A stretch of DNA of 64,000 nucleotides from Penicillus capitatus (Eukaryota; Plantae; Chlorophyta). The position numbers were made by a program, and so were the translations under genes. Location: contig OZ287697.1 in the NCBI GenBank assembly GCA_965649825.1, positions 1,288,351 through 1,352,350 on the forward strand, written 5' to 3'. Under the pieces are notes generated by a model. The model did not search any database, was not told the origin of the DNA, and worked only from the letters and a program-made list of their open reading frames with translations. This document shows positions 33,769-45,500 of the stretch, one piece after another. Every line of letters begins with the position of its first letter. Position 1 is the stretch's first letter.

Positions 33769-36700
33769 TTACATGCCAGAAGAAAAACTTGATTCATCGG
33801 GAGACCGGCCAAATCCCACATAGGGAGCCAAGGACTGGAGATTGCAGCCCAGCCAGATCGTCAGAATCTTCAGTGTTCCGGCATCTGCATCGATGCGCGT
33901 TCCGCATTCGCTCATGGAGAGCTTAATGCACGTAACACAGTACTTGAAAAGAAAAGAGAGATAAAGGAGAAAGGCAGAGATGTTGAGAACAACACAGATG
34001 ATCGAGAGCGTCATTACACGCCACTCTTTGTTGAGACCCTCACTCCCCAGTATGCTGGCTATTGAGATCGTCAAGTGCGAGACAAAAAGGGCAGACAGAT
34101 CGATTCTGTTCAGGATATCAAATTCCTTTCTGTAGGGCATCGCCGCCATCTGCACTCCCATCGCAAGCATGATGAAGATGGCGAGGAATGTGATAAAACC
34201 CAGACTGTCAAAGCGGTGGGCACAGAACACCAGAAAAGCAATGATCGCCTTCCTCAGCACGATGACAACTTCCCAGTAGCGCCGCCACCCGGATCCATAT
34301 CCACGGTACAGAAATCCAGTAGTTCGATACACCCACCTATCCGGATGATCGAGCAGTTCCTTGGGCGATGTGAGGATGAAGATAAAGACGATGAGAAGTC
34401 CGAGATAGACGATGCTCACGAATGGGAGAATCCAGATCACCAGTATCAAGTGCTGGCCCTCAAAGCACTTCAAATTTGTGTCAACTGCCCAGTAACTAAT
34501 CTCTTCCTCCTTTGTCGCGACTATGGTCTCATCATCGTTCTGTGTTCCATCCAGAACGTTGTATACACGAACGCAGAGAACAACGCTGAGTGTTGTCTTG
34601 ATCACTGATGCGGAGGTTATGTACCAGAGTGCCATGAGTGAAAGCAAAGATCTCTGTGCGATGTAACGGAGTGGCCGTTGGATTTGATGGAGGAGTGCTA
34701 CTGCTATCCAGAACGCAATGAGCAGCAGGAATGCAGTAACAGGAACGATCGAGCTGCTCACGATCGTTCCCCAAACGGTCGGACGAAGAAACTGCTTTGC
34801 CCTGCTCAGACAGACAACGGAGCGCCGGATGCTCTCTGCGGCGAGTCCGCTGATGAACTCTATACAGCAAGCACACAATGATGATGAGGTGATGTGGATG
34901 ATTGACATCAGCATCTGCGGACCTGCCATTTCTCCCACAATGAGAACCGGAAATGCCCATCCAACATTCAAGGTTGCAATCAGCACTGTCACTTGGATGT
35001 AGTTCAGCGTTATCTGCAGTGCCGGTCGCTGTCAGGAAAGAAGACGCGCAGGATCGTTACACCTTGAACATCTCGGTGACTCGCCATTGTGCGAGGGTCG
35101 CTTCAGTCACATGCACCATTCCTGTTGATGCGTTTGTCCCTTCAACCTCGTGTGATCTGTCAGGAGGATCCTCTATTCTAGGAGTTTCTGCCGTGTCTCG
35201 GGTCGAAAGATCTGATAGTTGAATGCTACGGGAAATCCGTCTCTGCCCGGAAAGCATCATCCGTTGGCGGTTTTTAGTGCACAATGTTCCCCTGATCGTA
35301 ATCCCGCATAGAAACAGCAGAATCACTGCTGATATGCAAATCACCAGTACACTTCCGATTCTCACAGGGCACTCTTGACATTTGGAAGACAGGGAACTGC
35401 CGTATGAACTGTTACAAGATCCACAGAGTGGACCAGTGTAACCCTGCATGCACAACAGTGACCATCGATGTCTAAGCAAATTAGAATCTCAAACTTGCCT
35501 CTTCACACTGTGCCTGTTGGTACTCCTCGATTCGTTCCTTGCTAATGTTACAGGTGAGTATGTTCTGCGTCTTTTGCTCCAGTTTCTCAACGCGTTCTTT
35601 ACTATGGCATGCGTCTGAGCTCAGACATTTTCTGATGTTCGTCGAGCAGGGTGATGCGTGCCAATGTTCCTCGTTTGGCAAGATGACTTGACTGCTACAG
35701 TTTCCGTTCTCTGGACACGGATGACATTCCATATCCTTCTCTGGAAAGAAATTGTAAGAGACGGTACTGCAAGACTCGCAGAATGTTCCATTTCCGGAAG
35801 GAACTTCACCCATTTCACACGGCTTCACCTCCACAGTGATTTTGAAGCTCTTCAGGTCTGCTCCTTTAAACTCAATCTGTACTTTGTACATGCCAGGCTG
35901 CACGAAGCCGGTGGCACTAAAATTCGCGTCTTTGACGCCCAGAGATCTTCTAACACTTCCGACAAAGAATTCATTTGGTGAGGACATCACAGCCTCGATG
36001 TCTTCTTGCTTCGCATTTACAGCCGGACCTTGGACAAGGTCATCCACTGCTGTTAAGACGATCATGGGAATTGGTCTTCCGCTTCTGTGATTGTGTATGG
36101 TGTATTTACTCCCATTCACCAACCTCAGCATTCCCGTCTCTTGATCGGTAATCTCCTTCTGGACATAGGACACGGAGGATGCCACATCCGATCCGTATCT
36201 CTTAGCTGTGTTGTTTTTCCAAGATGGGCAGATGTCGTCGACGGATGTCAGGCGCTTCATGGACTTCCACTGCTTCTTTGAATAGAATCGTGTTTCGTGT
36301 TCTATCGATTCGTCGGAGCAGTTCAGTCGGAGACCAGCCACTGTGCCAATGAAGAGAGCACCACCTGCCGACCTTGCTCTGTTGTTCATCAGAATAGAGT
36401 TCGCCACAGCCGCTACTCTACATTCAACCAGTTTTGCCCGACACTTCTGCAATATGGACTTCGTTTCAGCGGCGATTTGGATCCCTCCTACGTAAAGAAC
36501 GGCGTGAATCTCGGTTTCTGTTAGCATCATCATAAGTACCTCCATATTCGGCCGAGTTGTCGAAGACATTGCTATTGTCCAGTTGCATAGAAATGAACTG
36601 AGTATAACTGTACTCGAAGAATATGGCACCTCCACGACTTGCATTGTTCCCGATCAGAGTGCAGCCACTGCAAAGCAGCTTCGATGAACGAGTGCCCATA

Positions 36701-38904
36701 ATGGCACCTCCACGACTTGCATTGTTCCCGATCAGAGTGCAGCCACTGCAAAGCAGCTTCGATGAACGAGTGCCCATAATGGCACCTCCACGACTTGCAT
36801 TGTTCCCGATCAGAGTGCAGCCACTGCAAAGCAGCTTCGATGAACGAGTGCCCATAATGGCACCTCCACCGGTCCCTGCCTCACACTGCGAGATCTGTGT
36901 GTCGTTGATCTTGAAGACAGACTCGGAGAAGAAGACAGCGCCACCTTGCTCACTGGCGGACATGCGAAAAGCTTCAGTCTTCTGGATAGAAACGCTTGAA
37001 GAGGATGCATAGATTCCTCCGCCATTTTTTGCAGATCCCTCGGTGAAGTTGCACTTTTGAACCGAGAAGATGGAGCCTGCGACGTTGATGGCGCCACCAA
37101 ATCTGGATGCGTTGTTCTTGTTAAACTGACAGTCGGTGATGTTCCCAGAGGATTTGTCAGTGAGGGAGATGCCTCCGCCAGAATAAGCCGAATTGCTGGA
37201 GTACTTCGATCCCGTATCTGAGAATCTGCAATTATAATAGCATTCGATTACGCCCCCTCCATCGGAAGCCATGTTGTCTGAAAATAGGCAGTTCTGCATA
37301 CGTATCCTGGACGTATAGCCGGAGAAGAATCCGCCATACTGATTGGCAGACAGGTCGGATGCGGAGGTGTTTTCGACAAAGACATTAGAAGAGGATGCAT
37401 AGATTCCTCCGCCGTCTCTCGCAGATCCCTCGGTGAAGTTGCACTTTTGAACCGAGAGAACAGAGTCTTGGACGTAGATGGCGCCACCATCTGTTGACGC
37501 GCTGTTCTTGTTGAACTGACAGTCGGTGATGTCGCATGATGAGTTCTTTTCCACACGTATGGCTCCTCCATATCCTGCTTCGTTCTCTCGATACAGGCAA
37601 TCTTTGATGGAAGCTTTTGCATTTTTCAACTGTAGGGTTGAACTCCTCGTATCATATCGTCTGTTCGGAACAGAATTCTGATAGAAGACAGCCTTCGACA
37701 TGTCCAAGACGCCTTTAACAACCTTCATACTCGGGCATTCGTTCTGTGTGCTGTTAATACCATCCACTGACGTCTCTGATACAGGAGGTGCATAGAACAA
37801 TACCGTGTTCGTCTTCTCAGGGTCGTACTGTTTGTTCTTCTGGATAACGATGTCTCTTAATCGATTCCGTCTGGACAGAATCACGCCACATCGGCCGTCG
37901 CAGGTGTTATTCTCGAAGACGAAGTCGATCAGCTCCAGCTCAAAGCAAGCTGGAGACTGCATGGCGAGTCCCGTGCCTTTGATCAGGGTGTTATTCCTGA
38001 AGCTGACGTGGTGGAACTGAATGGTGCCTCTGATGCGACTGGAAGAACATCTTTCAACCTTCACGATGGATCTAGAACTCCCAAATTTGAAGAAGCAGTC
38101 CTTGAATACCAGATTGGCGAAAAGGACACCCGTCGACCTAAACGCGCATCAACATCAGACAACAACAGATGTGAGAATTCAAATCTCACCTCACCAAAAA
38201 GACGCCATCTCTTCTGCTCGGACAGGTGAAGACTGCCTTTGCTCCGGAACGGGGGAACACGCCTTCCTCGAGCTCGGGACTGCTCACTGGGGCTGTCAAG
38301 GTTAATGGCCATGGTATGACGATGCGCGAAGACGGTCGGATTCTGCGCTTCGAGCTGAAGGAGAGGACGTCGCCTGGCTTCGTACAGTTCACTATGTCTT
38401 GGATGTCATCTTCGACGTCAGCGAGAAGCGAAGGGTTAATGCGCCACGTTCTCGTCGTTTCGTTCAGATGCTCGCTAAGGGTTCGTTCGCTGAGAGAACA
38501 AGGAAAACCTGCGAACACCAAGAGCGCCGGCGTCAAGCAGGTGTTCTCGAAGACAGCAAAGGGCCTTCCTCACTTGTAAGATTATCGTCGCGGCCATCGT
38601 CCTGGCGCAGAGAACGGCTCTCGCTCCGACCTCGGTCAGCCACAGATGGACGTTCTTTCTCAGCAGTTCTGTGCGTCGTGGACGCGGCGGTCTCTGTCGT
38701 GAGAGGCAGTGCAAATGGCCTCCTTTCTTGGAACGCGAACGGATCTGAGGCTAAGGGTTTGGCGAAAAAGAAAGTGGTCGGAGCATCTTCGATTGTCGCT
38801 GCCGTCAAAGCTCGGCGGAGATAAAGCCTCCGACACGTGAATTCCTTCGCACTTGCGCTAAACACTATGCATGTTAGCAGCACACTGAAGAAAAGATATC
38901 GCAT
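33769..38904 (-). CDS. Gene E: same family, 1599 aa; A-like exon 1 end and intron 1, B-like helix and stalk, A-like Cys-rich end and membrane class 1
   Basis: Exons 38904-38574, 38508-38190, 38137-36540, 36487-35499, 35443-35063, 35013-34923, 34859-33769 (4800 nt). Intron 4 has a GC donor (GAG|GCAAGT at 35498), as in gene A. Confidence 0.87.
36623..36869 (-). repeat. Perfect 3x78 bp in-frame tandem repeat (GAIMGTRSSKLLCSGCTLIGNNASRG x3) in gene E
   Basis: ATGGCACCTCCAC occurs at 36623, 36701, 36779 and 36857, and the intervening 78-mers are identical. Confidence 0.95.
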
Positions 38905-38929
38905 TATTCGTCAGGTGACTCAAGGACAA

Positions 38930-39415
38930 CTTCAACAAACGTTTGTAAACCGCGCGGCTTTTATAGTCGGAAAGGGGACCGCCGCAGTATAAAAGCCGCG
39001 TGAACATGAGGTTTACGTTATATACTTGCTGCAGCTGTCGTCTAGCTTCCTCCACGATATCTTCGTCGGGAACCATAATCCAGCCACGTGTCCCGTGTCC
39101 TCCCGCTCGAAACCTGAATGCGGAAAGTTTAGTGATTCCGTGTCGGTAACGAGTGGCCGTGAGCAGCTCTGTCGCATCGAGCGCGAAACGCCGATGTTTC
39201 ACGCTTTTCCAATTCTATCGATTCTCACTTGAGAGGTGCGCCTAGCCGACCGTCCATAGGGAGGAAGACGGGTTTCCTCCGTCGCAGCCGTTCAACTTGA
39301 GCAATGACAAGCCTCCAGACGCGTATGGCATCTTCTTCTATGGCAGCAAAGAATGCGTTGAATTGTCTTGAGTGGGTAACGCCATCCTTGCATACGGAAG
39401 GGATGTTCTTTGGTG
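38930..39415 (-). promoter_or_regulatory. Upstream block of gene E; TATA box (38965-38959) forms one arm of a perfect 13 bp inverted repeat
   Basis: CGCGGCTTTTATA (38953-38965) and TATAAAAGCCGCG (38988-39000), separated by a 22 nt spacer. Confidence 0.75.
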
Positions 39416-39479
39416 TCTTCCAAACGTGGAATTAATCTGAGCGAACTGTATTTGTGTGACCCCAGAAAACAGGGTTATC

Positions 39480-40925
39480 TAATGAAAGGGTTCAATTACG
39501 CTACGTATGTAAACCCAAATCTTCAGGCGTATCTCAGTTTGCAGTTTCAGGTTTGTAATCAAATGCAGCACGGCGACTGGCCCACATACGAATCGCATTT
39601 CGTACAGATCCAAGCAGATACACAAGATAGATTGCCAGCAAATGAAATTCACTTGCGACGGCATCAAAGTCAACATTCTGATTCGTAAGCACATTTCTAA
39701 GATGTTCTGTCATGGCTCTCAAAAGAAATACCAAAAGGAAAAAAGAACAGCAGACTGGATATGAATGTCTGAGGAGATACCAGAAGGGAGTAACTTTCTA
39801 GGTTGTTCAGCAGATCGAGATCCTCTCTGAATGGTCGACAGGCCGTTTGCAGGTAGAGAGCGACGGTGAAGACGAAGGCGGCGAACATAACTTGGAGACT
39901 CGCACCGATCGGATAGGAAAGAACGACGACGCCAGCAATGACAGCCTTCCGTCCGATGACGACACATTCCCAGTAGCAGTGACTGTCCTTGTAAGACTGA
40001 TACATGAATCCGAAGAGGTCTTGAGTCCATCCCTCGCTTCTGTGCGTCCATTTGCCCAGAGGGATGACGCATGCGGCGATGAGGGGAAATCCCAGAGAGA
40101 GCAAGATCAGACCGTGCCATCCTACGGCGCGTTCCAGCAACGCGTGTGATCCCTCGTGGCATCGAATGCTGGTGTCTGTAGTCCAGTATTGTGTTGTGGC
40201 CGTTTCCATGGTCTCCGTCAGTTCATTGACCTCGATGCAGTTAAGGATGCTGATGAAGGTGCTCGTCAGTGAGATGTAGCCCAGATGAAGGACGACGACG
40301 ACGCTGAGGAACGCTCTCTTCGCGAGGTATGTCCAGTCCCGAGGACTGGACGGCATGACAGTGAACCAGAATACGATGGAGATGAGGATGACGATGCTGA
40401 CGGCAGCCATGTCCATCAAGATGCCAAGAACGGATCGCTCCACGATGGCGCCGTCGGGAAGAAGACAGTGCACAGCCCGTTCGATGGCATCAGCGACGAC
40501 ACCACTGACGAGCTCTACACGAATGCACAGACATCTGAGTGCGTCAGATGGTAATCGATGTTTCATGTCGTTACCAGCAGCTTCGAATAGTCGGACCAGA
40601 TTTAGGTCCCAGGAAACGTTGATCGAAACGGCTACGGCCGTCACTTGGGCATAGTTCACGGCAATCTGGCGGAGAATCTGGTCGCATGCAAAACGACGAA
40701 GGAGATTTCTTGCCTTGAAGACCTCGACCATCATCTTTTGAGCTGACGAATCGCGGTCTGCGGAGCCCAGATTCGCTCTCACAGTGATCGCCGCCAGGAT
40801 TAAGAATACCAGAAAGGACAGGAGCACAAGGAGTATATTTACGGCATCTGAGAAGCCCTCCTCGCACGAGATGAACTGGGCCTTTCCGTAGCCGGTGTCA
40901 CGTTGACCGCAGAGTGGCTCCGAAT
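39480..40925 (-). pseudogene. Gene F: 5'-truncated class-3 membrane-domain pseudogene (paralog of gene C exons 5-7)
   Basis: Near-identical to C from PLCG.. through the membrane domain, including the 48 nt GC-AG intron (40713-40666). Cys codons are lost (C->R, C->G). An approximately 70 bp deletion plus a frameshift near 39740 gives the aberrant end LLFFFPFGISFESHDRTS*. Confidence 0.85.
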
Positions 40926-42321
40926 GACTCTAACAACCGCGACACGTGATATCGAGCATCTGAGAATTCGAACATAGACCGCCACTTAAGCACACTGAGC
41001 TATTCTTTCCGAATCCTCGCCCGCGGCCGTTGCCGCAGATCTATCAGCAAGAGCATTGGTCGAACGGATAAACCGACGCTCTGCAAATCACTTCATTCAC
41101 TAAGGCATCTTCGGGCTCCGCGGTATAGCTAAGAGTGGAATGATTTCCATTGTCGTGCTGTCAACCAATTCTGACACCGAACGACGTACAGTTTCAATTG
41201 TCATGCTGCTGTGGAACTTACCTCGCGTCGCCGAAGACACTCGCGACGATTAGACCAGAAATGCCTTTAAAAACGATCTGGCCTTATTCAGAGATAGAGA
41301 AAAGGTAGGATTACTAGCGACAGGATATCGGAGAGGATGTCCCGGATCGTCGATCCGCTCTCCACTTCTCATATGAAAACGGAAATTAGACACAGATGCG
41401 ACTGATTAATTACGTCCTGCGTGTGTTCGGAGTACTGCAGTCCTTTGACTTTGGCCCGACATCAAATGAATAGCGTAAGAAGAGAGAGGCTGGTCATTAT
41501 CGCTCGTCAGCTGCTCTTTTTCGAAGAACGACGTTTTGGCAGAGGAAACGTTCTCGGCTGTTAAACTTGCAACGATCGAATGGGTGTAATCCCTTCGACT
41601 TAATAAACGACTTGTGCATGCAGTCCATAGAGAGCCATGCGGTAGATGCAGTTTTTCGAGTGCCGTGGCGTCACTCTTAGTACAGCGTCCTTCTTTAGCT
41701 TTCTCGCATCGCCAGTCCGCCATCAGCGTGGCAGATGACGCAAGACAGTTGTAGAGCGTTTCGCTTAGCGAGCTTCAATGTGCAAACTGTGAGTGGAAGA
41801 CGTGTAGGTAGGCTCCATTGTTAGAATACATACGCCGAGTTTGTGCGAGGCGCAATATTCAGGTCGTGTTTGCCGCGGGACACTATAGTTACCACACAAA
41901 GTCTTCTCCTTAGACAAAAGCTAACGAGAGCGATGGTCCAAGGCTTGTACTCACGTTGCTCTGAACAGGAACCTTTCGTCCCACAGGCCGGAGGCTTCAG
42001 TCGACAGAGCTCCCTGTTGTTGTCAGATCACGCGTCGAGCAGCCTGTTGACTTCTTCTTGCCTACAGCGAAACGACGATTAGACTAGCGCCCAAAGCTCT
42101 GAGAAATGTTCTATTGGTAACATCTGCTGTGTACACCTCTGCGTCGATCGCGTCGCTGAAGGTTCGAGAAACACTGATCCCTTCTTGAGACGAAGTGTCG
42201 TGTTTCGCCATAGAGAACGCATCACCGTCGGCTCTGACTCGAAGAGTTCTCTGCTTTCTGACAGACGAGCGATTCCGAAGCGTCGAAATGTAAATCAATG
42301 CTCCAATCATTACTGGAAGAC

Positions 42322-42469
42322 AGTTCAAATGATGTCAAGTCAAGCACGAAGCCGATCTGTACAGACAATTGACGATGTACTGTTTCAAACAGGAAAGTTC
42401 AAATGATGTCAAATCGAGCACGAGGTCAATCTATGCAGATAATCGATAAAGTGAAGTTTCAAACAGGAA
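42322..42469. repeat. Diverged 2x74 bp tandem duplication in the 3' flank of gene G
   Basis: AGTTCAAATGATGTCAA occurs at 42322 and 42396, and both units end in GTTTCAAACAGGAA. Confidence 0.8.
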
Positions 42470-42533
42470 AGGGACCTTTTCCAAAACTCAACGGTAAGAG
42501 ATGGTAACGGATGAAGAACAGTGTAATGCAACT

Positions 42534-45500
42534 TTAAACATCAGGACGGTGATAGCGACGAGATTTGCCACGATTCACCCATCTCACCATGGCGTCCTTC
42601 ATATCAATGAACAGACAGTTGATAAAATAGACACCGAGAATGCGAAAGGTGCCGTCTGTCGGAGAGTGTTCAATTCCTTTTCTGCCCAGCACTGTTTTCA
42701 GGTAGTCAGCTGCAAAGCCAGCAAAAAGAGTGAGCAGATAGAAGAAGAACAGGACGTTGGCAGAACACAGGAAAACACTCATCAAGGTTCGGAGCTCATA
42801 TGATACGCGATCATCAACGAAGAAGATGCTGCAGACAAAGGTGATGGAAGAGAGCAGAATGGACAGACTCTCTGTGTCGTTGAGACAATCAAACTCCTTG
42901 CGGTAGGGACGACACTTCATCTGGAAGTAAAGCGCCACGATCAGGACAAAGGATGCCAGTACAGCCTGGATGTTGGCACCCAGTTTGTAAGAGAAGACAA
43001 CGACGACAGCCAGAATAGCTTTCCTAAACATGATCATGGACTCCCAGAAGATATACTCCTTACTGTAGGATCGGTAGACGAAACCAGTGACGTCGTAGAT
43101 CCAGCCGTCCTTGTAGTCTTCAGCGACCTCCACAATGACGAGGTATGCGATCGCCAGAGGGAATCCCAAGGTGAAGATGAAGAGGAATGGCCAAGCCAGG
43201 AGTCCGGCCAGAATCGCATGAGATCCCTCGTTGCAAGCGACAGCGGTATCCAGCACCCAGTAGTCGGTCGTCTGATCGATCCCAGCTGTCATCGAGTCAT
43301 GGACTTCGGCGCAGTTGAGGATGTTGACGAGTGTCTTGCTGATCGAGATGTAGCTGATGTAGCAAACGACGATGGCACTGAGAAAACACTTCCTCAGCAA
43401 GTACATCCATGGCTTGCTCCGTTTGATCTTGATCAGCAGCCAGAAAACGACAAAGACGAAGATGCATGCAAGCGGCTGCGATACGTCCACCAGTGTACTC
43501 GCGATGGAGCGCGGTATGGAAGCTCCTAACGGGATGAGACAGTCAATGGAGTGATTCACTGTCTCTGATGTGACGGCACTGATGAACTCTACAAACAGGA
43601 GACTCAGTTGTGAGTGACAGAATCGCTTTTCTCGCCTGCCGTCTGGAAGAGCACAACCAATGCGAATGTCCATTTCGCATCGACAGCGACAGCTATGGCC
43701 GTGACCTGAACAAAGTTCACCGTGATCTGCATAACACTCAGAATAGTGAGGACAGAAGAGGGGATTGGACGAGCTGTACCTTAAACAGCTCGATCGCCTT
43801 CCACTTTGCAAGCTCCGAATCTTGAGGATCTCGGACAGGATCGACGCTCTGACTCTGTCCTTGACTGAGTTCTTCTTGCGAACCTTGTCTCAGCAATGTC
43901 AGTTCTATCGAACAGCTGGGCGTCGGAGCTGAATTGCTGGTGGAGGGCACTGGTGCTATTGGAGCTTGTGGCCGTTGCGGCAGTGAGACGGCTGAAATCA
44001 AATTGCTTCGGATGGTGATGGCTGACAGACCTAGCAAAACGAGAAAAGACAGAGAGACCAACATGATATTTCCGACATCGTTGAAGCATTTTTCGCAGAG
44101 ATAAGAGTGCGACCTCCCATAAGATTCCTTGCAGGATCCGCATAGAGGCCCCTCATGTCCCTGCAAGGCACACGTCTGATACTCAGGTTCAAATCAAACA
44201 ATCTGCTGTCTTACCTCACTGCACTGAATTTCTGTGTAACTCTTGACGAACGTTTCATTAAAGTTACAGGATTCCACGTCATTTGTGAGCTCTTCCAATG
44301 CATGCTGTCGGCTGACGTTGCTACAGGCATCTGTTGAAAGGCATTTCTGGATATGGGTCGAGCACGGGGTTAGATGCCAATAGCCGCGATTGGGCAGGAC
44401 GACTCTGGTGGTACAGTTTCCGTTGTCGGGACAAGGCAGACACTCGGAGTCTTCGTCATCCAAGTCAAAGTTGTAGGTGGCGGCACTGCAGGGCTCGCAC
44501 GACGTCTTGTCTTCAGACGACTCTTCTCCGATCTTACATCGCTGCACCTCCACCTCGATCGTAAAGTTCTCCAGCGTTTCTTCGGCGAATCCGAAGAGAA
44601 TCCTGTAGTTTGTTGGTCGTACGTAACCTGTGACATTGAATTCCAGATCAGAGTCCACGAGAAAGCTGTAGTCTCCGGGTAAGAAATTATCTGGAGATGA
44701 AAGTCTGGATACCACAGGATGGTGATCTCTCCCGATTGCCGGAGTCTGTCCGAAATCGTCAACGGCTTTGATAGCGACGGGGAGAGGGCTTCCACTTCTG
44801 TAAGGTCCGATGTGCGTCGTTTTGGAGACGGTGGTGTTTGCGCCGTTCAGTCTCACAGTTGCCGCGATCGTGGAAACGAACGTGGCAACATCATCACCGT
44901 ACAGTTCCGCGTTGTTCTTTCTCCATGTCCCACAGACATCGTCCATCGAGTGGAGTCGTCCTGCGAATCGCGTTCGCTTTTCTGTATGGACGCCGGTCTT
45001 CTCCTCGTTTTCCGAAAGACAGTCGATGTGCATATTCTGGGCGCAGCCCATGAACACCGCTCCTCCTGCCTTGCGAGCTCTGTTGTTCACGAAGGACGAG
45101 TCTGACAGCCTGACGACTTCGCAGTCGTCGGGATGGTGCGCGTGTGACGTTTGATCACTGCTCGACACATGCAGACCTCCTAAAAAGCACACGCATACTC
45201 TCTTCATGAACCCGGATGGGATCTCACCTCCAAATCGAGCAGTGTTATCTAGCACCTTGCATCTTCTGAGTTCGACGATCAGATGTGTGCTGTTTCTGTA
45301 ATCGAGAGAGAACGCTCCACCGTTGCCTTCAGCTCTATTTCCTTCGAGGGTGCAGTCTGTGCACAAAAGAGAAGAGTTCCCTGCTCCGCAGACGCCACCG
45401 TCGGCGGATGCTGCGCAGTCGGAGACGAGGAGATTGGTTGCTTCGGAACCGACAGACGACATGGAGATGGCCCCACCTCTTTCAGCTCTGCCATTGATCA

